NCBI GenBank assembly: GCA_964474085.1
Contig: CAYYRJ010000003.1
Span: 21,348 to 85,347, forward strand
Length of the DNA stretch: 64,000 nucleotides
Direction of reading: 5' to 3'
From: an uncultured Planctomycetales bacterium
Lineage (GTDB): Bacteria; Omnitrophota; Gorgyraeia; Zapsychrales; JANLHA01
Program-made: the position numbers and the translations under genes
Notes under the pieces: generated by a model
Told to the model about the DNA's origin: nothing
The model's input: only the letters and a program-made list of their open reading frames with translations
Databases searched by the model: none
In this document: positions 10,133-17,511 of the stretch, in pieces
How the letters are laid out: each line of letters begins with the position of its first letter
How positions within the stretch are numbered: position 1 is the stretch's first letter

Positions 10133-10402
10133 CTATTTTAATGGGTCAATTTTAAATACTTCTTGGCCGTTAGCCGCTAATTGCCAATCGGCCATTAATT
10201 CATCTTTATGAATTTCAACCCATGCTTGAGCAAGTTTTAATTTCGCTGGGTTTAATTTCCCTGCTAAAACAGCACCGTCAGGGATCGAAAGAACCGCTTC
10301 TTCATCTTGATAACGGACATGGATGTGGGGTGCTTTATGCTCTTTGTTATCAAAGAAATAAAGCGAAACGATAATTCCGTAAAACATTGAGATGACTGGC
10401 AT
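10133..10402 (-). CDS. DUF4160 domain protein
   Basis: MPVISMFYGIIVSLYFFDNKEHKAPHIHVRYQ matches DUF4160 N-terminal consensus (MP.IS.F.GI.I.MY..DH.PPHFHA.Y). Confidence 0.65.
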   Translation of the reverse strand: MPVISMFYGIIVSLYFFDNKEHKAPHIHVRYQDEEAVLSIPDGAVLAGKLNPAKLKLAQAWVEIHKDELMADWQLAANGQEVFKIDPLK

Positions 10403-10470
10403 ATCTTTTCCTTTTTGGTCTAGTATAACATCTTGTTAAGTGATTTCAAAAAATAACCTTTCCCAATTAT

Positions 10471-10500
10471 CCGGAACATTTCCGGCGGTGCCGGGTTCGC
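10471..10500. repeat. D-family palindromic repeat, copy D2
   Basis: ccggaacatttccggcggtgccgggttcgc, followed by T-rich run on plus strand. Confidence 0.6.
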
Positions 10501-10519
10501 TTAAAATTTTTATTACTTT

Positions 10520-10809
10520 TTTACTCCGCATGCCAATTCCGAGCGGCATGAACTATACCGGTAATCCAAATTTCGTCTTTATTAATCCGATACATAAGCC
10601 GATAGGCGCCGTAAATGATTTCGCGACAGTTTTTCATTTTTTATTTCGGAGATAATGCGTCCAGATTCAGGAAATTTCTCGAGGCGGTCGGTCATTTCGA
10701 TGATGCGAGTTACAAATAATGCGGCTTGATCTACAGAATCGCGCTCAATATATTCGGCAATGGATTCAATATCGTTTAGTGCGGAGGGTGCCCAAATTAT
10801 TTTACCCAT
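10520..10809 (-). pseudogene. ParE/RelE-family toxin, copy 1, disrupted by +1 frameshift in an A6 run (coding strand)
   Basis: N-terminal 58 aa identical or near-identical to the intact copy at 11782-12069. Coding-strand A6 here vs A5 in copy 2 shifts the frame; the conserved C-terminal coding (IYGAYRLMYRIN...VHAARNWHAE) continues out of frame down to 10520. Confidence 0.6.
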
Positions 10810-10979
10810 TTACGAAGTCTCTTTTTGGCGTCCTCGTGAGGGATGCCCTTTTTTTGTTTTATTTCTTGCTCGCCATGCTGAAATTTGGCATGAACATACA
10901 AAGCATGGATAATATCATCCATCGTCGCTTTTTGCGGTAGAGAATCAACAACATTTTTGGCAATTTCTTTTACGGTCAT
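10797..10979 (-). CDS. putative antitoxin, addiction-module-component-like (copy 1)
   Basis: MTVKEIAKNVVDSLPQKATMDDIIHALYVHAKFQHGEQEIKQKKGIPHEDAKKRLRKWVK; overlaps toxin start; 100% nucleotide identity with copy 2 across 10801-11076. Confidence 0.5.
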   Translation of the reverse strand: MTVKEIAKNVVDSLPQKATMDDIIHALYVHAKFQHGEQEIKQKKGIPHEDAKKRLRKWVK

Positions 10980-11053
10980 AGTTCCCTCCATAAATTTGGT
11001 ATTAAAGAAAGTATACCATAGCATCGGTCAATTTTAAGCGTAGATTTTCCCCA

Positions 11054-11108
11054 AAAACTCCCCGAAAGTCCTCAAATAGTGACCCCAATGGCCAACCATA
11101 AGTTTCCA
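11054..11108. repeat. U-family conserved element, copy U2 (variant right flank)
   Basis: agtcctcaaatagtgacccc ... ccaaccataagtttccacaaaaatc; left flank identical to U3. Confidence 0.55.
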
Positions 11109-11205
11109 CAAAAATCTTTTTTGGTAATATGTTATTTATCATAATGTTATGAAAAGTCAGATTCTTTCAACGGTTAAAACTTTTAGATGAACGAATATGA
11201 CTTCT

Positions 11206-11649
11206 CTATTTTCTGCCAATCTCAGCAAGTTCCCTGGAAGCGATAGAATTACTCGGGTCAATGATTCTAACTTTCTCAAAATATTTTATTGCCTCGGCAA
11301 AATTACCAAGCGTCTTATTGCAAGCCCCCGCAGCAATGTTAGGAGCGATTTTATCAGGGCTCAACTGTGCCGCTGCTTCGAAATAGGCGACTGCATCCTG
11401 TGGTCTCTGGGTTTTAAAATAAAGTGTGCCGATAGCCATGTTAATAGCGTATTTATTATTGATGGTCTTAGGATCTGTGGCAACATCTTGTAAAATTAAC
11501 GTGTGTGCTTGTAAATAATTTTTTAATGCCTGTTCAACGTTTTGTTCCTTCTCAAACTTTATGCCTAACTGATAATATGAAAGATAATCCGCAGAGTTAG
11601 CTGTTAATGTACTAAAAATCATAATAACCAAAATGGCAACGAGTCGCAT
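11206..11649 (-). CDS. secreted TPR-repeat protein
   Basis: Signal peptide MRLVAILVIMIFSTLTANSA; TPR-like YLQA...AYFEAAAQLSPD...AIKYFEKVRIIDPSN. Confidence 0.45.
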   Translation of the reverse strand: MRLVAILVIMIFSTLTANSADYLSYYQLGIKFEKEQNVEQALKNYLQAHTLILQDVATDPKTINNKYAINMAIGTLYFKTQRPQDAVAYFEAAAQLSPDKIAPNIAAGACNKTLGNFAEAIKYFEKVRIIDPSNSIASRELAEIGRK

Positions 11650-11740
11650 GTCTTCTCCTTTTGTGTTAGCTTTTATCCTTAAAGCGATTCATGACTAGAA
11701 TCAACGGGATAATTAAGGCCAATTTTAAAATCGGAAAAAT

Positions 11741-11775
11741 TTGGAACATTTCCAAATGTGCCGCAAAATGTCGTT
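11741..11775. repeat. D-family repeat variant, copy D3 (GGAACATTTCC-AAATGTGCC-GCAAAATGTCG)
   Basis: ttggaacatttccaaatgtgccgcaaaatgtcgtttaatt; near-identical copy at 15061-15095. Confidence 0.55.
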
Positions 11776-11781
11776 TAATTT

Positions 11782-12069
11782 CTACTCCGCATGCCAATTT
11801 CGAGCTGCATGAACAATGCCAGTAATCCAAATTTCGTCTTTATTTATGCGATACATAAGCCGATAGGCGCCGTAGATTATTTCGCGGCAATTCTTAATTT
11901 TTATTTCAGGGATAATGCGTCCGGATTCAGGAAATTTTTCTAGGCGGTCGGTCATTTCGATGATGCGCGTCACAAACAAGGCGGCTTGGTCTACAGAATC
12001 GCGTTTAATATATTCGGCAATGGATTCGATATCGTTTAGCGCGGAGGGTGCCCAAATTATTTTACCCAT
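11782..12069 (-). CDS. type II toxin, ParE/RelE family (intact copy 2)
   Basis: 95 aa MGKIIWAPSALNDIESIAEYIKRDSVDQAALFVTRIIEMTDRLEKFPESGRII...ITGIVHAARNWHAE; downstream of and overlapping the small antitoxin gene. Confidence 0.7.
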   Translation of the reverse strand: MGKIIWAPSALNDIESIAEYIKRDSVDQAALFVTRIIEMTDRLEKFPESGRIIPEIKIKNCREIIYGAYRLMYRINKDEIWITGIVHAARNWHAE

Positions 12070-12239
12070 TTACGAAGTCTCTTTTTGGCGTCCTCGTGAG
12101 GGATGCCCTTTTTTTGTTTTATTTCTTGCTCGCCATGCTGAAATTTGGCATGAACATACAAAGCATGGATAATATCATCCATCGTCGCTTTTTGCGGTAG
12201 AGAATCAACAACATTTTTGGCAATTTCTTTTACGGTCAT
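12057..12239 (-). CDS. putative antitoxin, addiction-module-component-like (copy 2)
   Basis: Identical to copy 1; start MTVKEI preceded by GGAGGG RBS and an extended -10 (TGGTATACT). Confidence 0.55.
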   Translation of the reverse strand: MTVKEIAKNVVDSLPQKATMDDIIHALYVHAKFQHGEQEIKQKKGIPHEDAKKRLRKWVK

Positions 12240-12269
12240 AGTTCCCTCCATAAATTTGGTATTAAAGAA

Positions 12270-12278
12270 AGTATACCA
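12270..12278 (-). promoter_or_regulatory. extended -10 promoter element (TGGTATACT) for antitoxin-ParE operon copy 2; identical element upstream of copy 1 (about 11010-11018)
   Basis: Reverse complement of agtatacca = TGGTATACT about 31 nt upstream of the antitoxin ATG with GGAGGG RBS between. Confidence 0.35.
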
Positions 12279-12323
12279 TAGCATCGGTCAATTTTAAGCG
12301 TAGATTTTCCCCAAAAACTCCCC

Positions 12324-12384
12324 GAAAGTCCTCAAATAGTGACCCCCCGCCACAAAGCGTTGGCGGGCAGGTATCGGTCAATCG
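12324..12384. repeat. U-family conserved element, copy U3 (abuts Fic-family gene stop)
   Basis: agtcctcaaatagtgaccccccgccacaaagcgttggcgggcaggtatcggtcaatcg; imperfect palindrome cccgccaca/gttggcggg. Confidence 0.55.
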
Positions 12385-13377
12385 TTAATTCAATTTATTA
12401 ATCAAGTTTACCACTAAAGCCGTAATCACATCTTTTTCTTTAGGTTGGCTCTCTGCGATCATTAATGTAATCGCGACCAAGGCATTATCGGCGATTCGTT
12501 TGCTGCCATCGACTTTATAAAGGATTTTATTCCTATCCAGAAACCAAACAAATAATGTGGCAGCAATACGTTTATTCCCATCTGAAAACGCATGATTTTT
12601 GACAACTAAATAAAGTAGATTTGCGGCTTTTTCTTCAATGCTCGGGTACAAATCTTTAGTGCCAAATGTCTGGTAAATTGCTCCCAGCGCACTTTTAAAT
12701 GAAGCATCTTTTTCCTGTCCAAATAAATCACTACCACCAAATTTTTGACGCATTTGTTTGATAAGTCGAATGCCTTCATCATAACTCAATTGATACGATT
12801 CTTTCGCCGTCGCTGATTTGATTTCAATACGGCCATGGTCATAATCGTCCAAAACATCCAAACCATAGCTATAATCACGGAGAACCTCAAATAACCCAGT
12901 CGTTTCATCACTCGTCAAAGCTTTCCGTTGGCTTAAATCAACAAGCATTTTCACGGCATTTTGAAGAGTTTTTAAACTTGCCGTGTGTTCTTTAAGCCGT
13001 TTGTCGTTAAGGGTATAACCTTGAATCAAGTGTTGCTTTAGAATATTGGTTGCCCAGATACGGAACTGGGTGGCTTTAGAGGAATTGACACGATAACCAA
13101 CTGATATGATGACATCAAGATTATAAAGTTGTATCGGCTTGTCTGAATTAGCAATGTGCATTTTTTGCACATTGCTTTCTCGCTCTAACTCTTTATTTTC
13201 AAATATATTGCGTAAATGTTTAGTGATAACACTGCGTTCGGTCAAAAACAAGTTCGCCATTTGAGCTTGTGTGAGCCACACAGACTCGTTTTTAAATTGA
13301 ACTTCAACTGTAATTTGAGATCCTCTGGGACGAAAAATAACTAGATTTTGAATATTCTCTGAATTGATTTTTTTCAT
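12385..13377 (-). CDS. RhuM/Fic/DOC family protein
   Basis: N-terminal RhuM-type block (VWLTQAQMANLF...YNLDVIISVGYRVNSSKATQFRIWAT) and C-terminal Doc-type motif HAFSDGNKRIA; 330 aa. Confidence 0.7.
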   Translation of the reverse strand: MKKINSENIQNLVIFRPRGSQITVEVQFKNESVWLTQAQMANLFLTERSVITKHLRNIFENKELERESNVQKMHIANSDKPIQLYNLDVIISVGYRVNSSKATQFRIWATNILKQHLIQGYTLNDKRLKEHTASLKTLQNAVKMLVDLSQRKALTSDETTGLFEVLRDYSYGLDVLDDYDHGRIEIKSATAKESYQLSYDEGIRLIKQMRQKFGGSDLFGQEKDASFKSALGAIYQTFGTKDLYPSIEEKAANLLYLVVKNHAFSDGNKRIAATLFVWFLDRNKILYKVDGSKRIADNALVAITLMIAESQPKEKDVITALVVNLINKLN

Positions 13378-13465
13378 AAATGCACCCCTCCTTGTTTATT
13401 CACTAGGGGTGTCGTGAACATGTTTATATAATTACTCACAATGAATTTGTTTTAAAAATTCCGAT

Positions 13466-13537
13466 AAAGTCCTCAAATACTGCACCCCTGCCACAAAGCG
13501 TTGGCGGGCAGGCATCGGTCAACCGTAGGTTTCGACG
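13466..13537. repeat. U-family conserved element, copy U4 (full-length variant)
   Basis: aagtcctcaaatactgcacccctgccacaaagcgttggcgggcaggcatcggtcaaccgtaggtttcgacg. Confidence 0.55.
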
Positions 13538-13539
13538 AA

Positions 13540-13588
13540 ACACTCACACAGACGTTTTACGGTAACACTCACACAGACGTTTTACGGG
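13540..13588. repeat. direct tandem repeat, 2 x 24 bp (acactcacacagacgttttacgg) separated by 1 nt
   Basis: Read directly from sequence; lies immediately beside U4 in a gene-free 550 bp stretch. Confidence 0.7.
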
Positions 13589-13896
13589 AAATAAACAATT
13601 ACATAAACTTACAAAACAATTCCGGCAATTGTTGGCGAAGTTATTTATTAGATATCTTATAAAATTTTGAACACTTCGACGGTGCCTGGTTCACCCGCTT
13701 TTGGCGGGCTTGTCCGCCGATGGCGAGTTCACGTTTGAAGGTGACACTTTTGGAAACGTTCTCTTCTGTCTTTCTTCTGTCTCCCAATTTTCCCGATATC
13801 GGAAGAATTGGGTGAAGCTCTCCCTTTCGCTTCAGGAAAAAATCCGAAACATTTCCCCATGCTTCGCTAAAATATTTTTGTTTTAGCTTCGCAGGG

Positions 13897-13918
13897 CAAG
13901 CGCCGGTGCCGGGTTCGC
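13897..13918. repeat. D-family repeat, copy D4 (GC hairpin module; the GGAACATTTCC-like module sits about 30 bp upstream at about 13850)
   Basis: cgccggtgccgggttcgcc; preceded by ccgaaacatttcccc. Confidence 0.5.
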
Positions 13919-13924
13919 CAGCTT

Positions 13925-14098
13925 TTATTTAAGTGCAAACCGAGTGTTAACGACCAGCATTTTCTTCCATTTGGCGTAAGCTTTTTTATCAAAAGTCTCG
14001 CGCAAATTAAACTTAACGAATTCTAAATAATCATCCATCGAAAGAATCTTTGTACTCGATGCGGCTGTTTTTATAATTGGCAGGTTGAGTTTTTTCAT
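13925..14098 (-). CDS. hypothetical 57 aa protein translationally coupled to the nucleotidyltransferase-fold gene
   Basis: ATG at 14098 overlaps upstream TGA (ATGA); MKKLNLPIIKTAASSTKILSMDDYLEFVKFNLRETFDKKAYAKWKKMLVVNTRFALK. Confidence 0.4.
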   Translation of the reverse strand: MKKLNLPIIKTAASSTKILSMDDYLEFVKFNLRETFDKKAYAKWKKMLVVNTRFALK

Positions 14099-14634
14099 TT
14101 TAGAGCCTCCAGTATTTTTTGATACAGATCGGCTGTCCCGTATTTTAAACAGAGTTCTTTGAACTTTTTGTCCTTGATATCGACTTGATTTATTCTTATC
14201 AAGTTGATAATGTCTGGTAAATCTTTAGTCAGGCGAATTTTGGTATTAAACTTTATCGAATGCAGTTTTAAAGCGATTAAATGTAATAGCGATGGAACGA
14301 CAAGTTTCTGACCTGCGATGGTGATTTTTTTACCTTCGTTCTTGATCTTTGTCAGGGTTTCATCGTCGACAAACATAAAATCGACATCTAAAAGTGATAA
14401 ACGACTGCTTTGGAGTTGGGCAAAGTTTTCCTGAATCAGGGCTTTCTTGTATCCAGCTTTTTCTAAGAGTCCGGCTATTTTATCAAAGTCTGCTTTGGTG
14501 ATTAAGAAATCTACATCCGCTGTTTGTCGGGTTACGCGGTAATAATTTATCGCGAAGCCCCCGATTAAAACACATGACACTCCCTCTTCGTGTGTTAAAT
14601 CAGAAATAAGATGAAAAACCGAACGCTGCGTCAT
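14095..14634 (-). CDS. nucleotidyltransferase-fold (pol-beta superfamily) protein, possible TA/abortive-infection-type component
   Basis: LIGGFAINYYRVTRQTADVDFLI fits hG[GS]-x9-13-DhD NTase signature; 179 aa; U element upstream. Confidence 0.45.
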   Translation of the reverse strand: MTQRSVFHLISDLTHEEGVSCVLIGGFAINYYRVTRQTADVDFLITKADFDKIAGLLEKAGYKKALIQENFAQLQSSRLSLLDVDFMFVDDETLTKIKNEGKKITIAGQKLVVPSLLHLIALKLHSIKFNTKIRLTKDLPDIINLIRINQVDIKDKKFKELCLKYGTADLYQKILEALK

Positions 14635-14675
14635 GGCAATTCTTTTTCTTATAAAGTTCTCTAAAATTTCCCTAT

Positions 14676-14752
14676 AGTCCTCAAATAGTAAACCCCTGCT
14701 ACAAAGCGTTGGCGGGCAGGCATCAGCTAACCGTAAGTTTTCACAAAAATCG
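14676..14752. repeat. U-family conserved element, copy U5
   Basis: tagtcctcaaatagtaaacccctgctacaaagcgttggcgggcaggcatcagctaaccgtaagttttcacaaaaatcg. Confidence 0.55.
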
Positions 14753-14838
14753 TTTTTTTGACTTGATTTGTCATAATTTTTCAGTCATTGCGAGCGCTTT
14801 TTGCGAAGCAATCGCCTTGTATCCTAGGCGGTCAACCG

Positions 14839-15024
14839 TCATTTACAGCCTTGATAACTCCATGGTTCACCAGTTTTTTCATCTATACCATCCAAAACAA
14901 CATAGCGCTGACCTGGGGGGCATTGCATTCTCATTTCGTTTCTAGCTACGCAATAAAGAACAATCAATAACAAAATCAATAGGAATAATAACATTGCCTT
15001 TTTCTTCATAATGATTTTCCTCAA
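14839..15024 (-). CDS. small secreted protein (61 aa, signal peptide, 4 Cys)
   Basis: MRKIIMKKKAMLLFLLILLLIVLYCVA then CPPGQRYVVLDG...YQGCK; weak, no homologue recognised. Confidence 0.3.
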   Translation of the reverse strand: MRKIIMKKKAMLLFLLILLLIVLYCVARNEMRMQCPPGQRYVVLDGIDEKTGEPWSYQGCK

Positions 15025-15060
15025 TCCAGTGGACGGTTAGTCGAGAAAATGAAGACGTTT

Positions 15061-15125
15061 TGTACATTTCCAAATGTGCCTCAAAATGTCGTTTAATTTT
15101 TACTCCGCATGCCAGTTCCGAGCGG
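15061..15125 (-). pseudogene. remnant of a ParE/RelE toxin 3' end (last 12 codons, GIVHAARNWHAE*) fused to a D-family repeat
   Basis: tttactccgcatgccagttccgagcggcatgaacaat translates on minus strand to GIVHAARNWHAE-stop, identical to the C-terminus of ParE copy 2; adjacent gtacatttccaaatgtgcctcaaaatgtcg matches D3. Confidence 0.6.
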
Positions 15126-15368
15126 CATGAACAATCCCCGTTAATCAGGGACGGAGCCCAATTGTTTTTGTTAGATTATGGGAAGGATTATAGCGTTTTT
15201 GCTCTAAAAAGTAAAACGTTAGGGACACGGATTAAAAATAGTGGCTATATGAATTGTTTATATGTTATCTTTGGTCTAGAAGCTATTTTTAGACACATGG
15301 TTTTTTAAATGTGCTTTAGATATTGTGAATTTGGAGTCATAAAGAGTTATATTTTCGGAGATAAAATT

Positions 15369-16946
15369 ATGAGAAATTTATTTCGATTTCTTAAGAAAAT
15401 CGTTTGGATCGAGATAGTTGTCATTGGTATTTTTATAGCACTTCCGAAGAGTGGATTAGCTCAAAACCCTTTGAATGGAACATTTCTCGAGATAGGTTAT
15501 TTAACGACAACCAATATTTCTGCGATTTTAGATGAGCTTAAAAGCTTTGACGAATCTGTTGTTATTATCCAGGCCCTTCGTCAGCGAAACTGCTCAAGCG
15601 CTAGCTACACTTGGGCCAATGGTCTTCCACAGACAACAAGTGAGATTCAGAAAATCATAGACGCCTTACTGAGTAAGGCAAAGGAAAATGGAATTTCTGT
15701 ATATTTGGGAACGAGTTTGTTTTTAGATTACTGGAGCTGCTCCTCGTTCTTTAATGAAAGTAACACGAAATTGGCAATCAGCGATCTCGCAGCGTTGGAT
15801 CCTGTCTTGACTGTCGCGCAAAAGTATTCCTCTTTTGCTGGTTGGTATATTTCTGAAGAGCCAGCTATTGCAAGCTGGTCCGATATTGAGTTTAATAGTT
15901 CAATTCCCTATTATAGGGGCATCGCAAAAGCGCTTAAAGCCAAGGCTAACAAACCTATAATTGTTTCGCCCTATTTAAATGGTGCCGTAAAGGCGAATAT
16001 AACTCCGGACACGCTTGCAGTGCGGGCGCTAGATTTTAAGAATAGAACGGATATTGATATTGAAGCTTGGCAAGATAGTGTCGGGACTGACGCGATCAAG
16101 CTTACTTCAAAAGCGCCGGAGAGGGCAACAGAGTACAGCCTAGATCAGTATTTTATGAAATTATCAGAGAAGATTGGACGAGGCTGCTTATGGGCAGTCC
16201 CGGAAATGTTCAATTTCGGGGTTAAGCAAGGCAAGAGTTTGAGTAATGACTTCTTTGGAGGGTATTATCATTCAGCCTCACTAATGCGTTTAAATCAACA
16301 GATGTCCTTGGAGTCCAGCGCTTGGGTCTCGGCACGGGTAGCCTGGACTAATCTAAGCCACATGACCAAACAAAACTTTACTTATGGCACGATGCCTGAA
16401 GCGGTTCGAATGTTTGAAACTTATAAGGCTGTTTATGGACTTGGCAACCGAATTTTACGACCTGCATCGTATAAGTGGATAACTCCGCCAAATTCTAATT
16501 ATAATGACTTTGCTAATAATAAATTGTTCGATTCTATTACAGGAGATCCTAAATATTTAACAGACACGGCGTGGGTTGGAATTCCTGCCTGGACTTATAC
16601 TTCTAATGATCTGCCTGGTGTTCTTCCTGATGTTCAATTCGGCGGGAAGGCGGAGGTTCAAATAAACTTTTCATTGCCTCAATATGTTGATTGGGTCGGG
16701 GTGCATTCAGGAAACTTCAATAAAGCGGGCGTCTATTTTCCTATGTTAATGGATATATTCTGCCAAGCGACTACTACAAGTCCGTGGAAAACTCTCGGAA
16801 GTTGGGGTAGCATGGTAAGTCAGGATGACAGTGAATATGTTCTTTCCAACATTCGTCCCCTGGATGCGCAGTGTTCTTCTATTCGAATCAGGTTAGAGCG
16901 TAAAAGCTGGATTTTCCTTAGCGAAGTGGAAATTGTTGGGCATTAA
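15369..16946 (+). CDS. secreted GH-like (DUF4434-like TIM-barrel?) protein with C-terminal discoidin/F5-8 type C-like domain
   Basis: Signal peptide MRNLFRFLKKIVWIEIVVIGIFIALPKSGLAQ; C-terminal SIRIRLERKSWIFLSEVEIVG resembles discoidin domain ends; family call is tentative. Confidence 0.4.
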   Translation: MRNLFRFLKKIVWIEIVVIGIFIALPKSGLAQNPLNGTFLEIGYLTTTNISAILDELKSFDESVVIIQALRQRNCSSASYTWANGLPQTTSEIQKIIDALLSKAKENGISVYLGTSLFLDYWSCSSFFNESNTKLAISDLAALDPVLTVAQKYSSFAGWYISEEPAIASWSDIEFNSSIPYYRGIAKALKAKANKPIIVSPYLNGAVKANITPDTLAVRALDFKNRTDIDIEAWQDSVGTDAIKLTSKAPERATEYSLDQYFMKLSEKIGRGCLWAVPEMFNFGVKQGKSLSNDFFGGYYHSASLMRLNQQMSLESSAWVSARVAWTNLSHMTKQNFTYGTMPEAVRMFETYKAVYGLGNRILRPASYKWITPPNSNYNDFANNKLFDSITGDPKYLTDTAWVGIPAWTYTSNDLPGVLPDVQFGGKAEVQINFSLPQYVDWVGVHSGNFNKAGVYFPMLMDIFCQATTTSPWKTLGSWGSMVSQDDSEYVLSNIRPLDAQCSSIRIRLERKSWIFLSEVEIVGH

Positions 16947-16954
16947 GGGGTAAA

Positions 16955-16997
16955 TCCAGAATATTTCTGGGAGTGCCACCCGCCGGTGTCGGATTCG
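16955..16997. repeat. D-family-like repeat variant, copy D7
   Basis: ccagaatatttctgg (hairpin) + cgccggtgtcggattcgcc immediately after the stop of the plus-strand gene. Confidence 0.4.
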
Positions 16998-17209
16998 CCC
17001 GCTGATTATTTACAAATCTCTTTAAATATTTAATTCTAAAATTCAATAAGACGTTTTATGCAACCCACTCATATCTATTAACATACAAAAGTATTTCCAG
17101 GATTCCTGGAATATTTTTGTAAATTATAGCTATGCTTAATTTTGATAAAACGTCTTTTAGCTAAAAGCCCAGAACATAAAATTTTTAAATCATACATCAC
17201 TTAAATCTT

Positions 17210-17271
17210 GGATCCCTGCTTTCGCAGGGATGACACTGCCTCTTTTGTCATTGCCGCGAAAGCGGGAATCC
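17210..17271. repeat. 62 bp imperfect palindrome (two 26 bp arms each itself a hairpin) in convergent intergenic region; likely bidirectional terminator or structured RNA
   Basis: ggatccctgctttcgcagggatgaca ... tgtcattgccgcgaaagcgggaatcc; arm 2 is about 80% reverse complement of arm 1. Confidence 0.5.
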
Positions 17272-17511
17272 ACTTTTCAAATTGCTCCTTCATCTGACTC
17301 AATTTGCACGAAAGGAGGCTTGCCTAAATAATTGGGACCACTTGTAGCAGAAGTCAAGAAATCCTAAAGGTTTATTTCAGAAGCGGTCTCTGTTGCTCCT
17401 TTTGTTTCTTCACCGTTAAAACCGATAGGCATTTTTAGTGCTTCAATTTCATATCGTTTTGAAGGACTGCGTCACGGAATATATAAAAGTTCTTTCTCGT
17501 CAATGTGTTAT

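Noticed and set aside
10486-10500. tRNA or tRNA 3' fragment suggested by recurring GGGTTCGC (T-loop-like) strings
   Set aside because: No closing T-stem, acceptor stem or CCA context; the motif is part of the D-element hairpin.
13701-13886. 61 aa plus-strand ORF in the repeat-dense spacer
   Set aside because: Overlaps D-like repeat fragments, opposite orientation to all island genes, no RBS; likely non-coding decayed sequence.
8349-15308. Canonical integron (intI + attC cassette array)
   Set aside because: No tyrosine recombinase/intI in the window. U elements lack recognisable GTTRRRY / RYYYAAC core sites, and several modules carry their own promoters. Kept only as an attC-like analogy.
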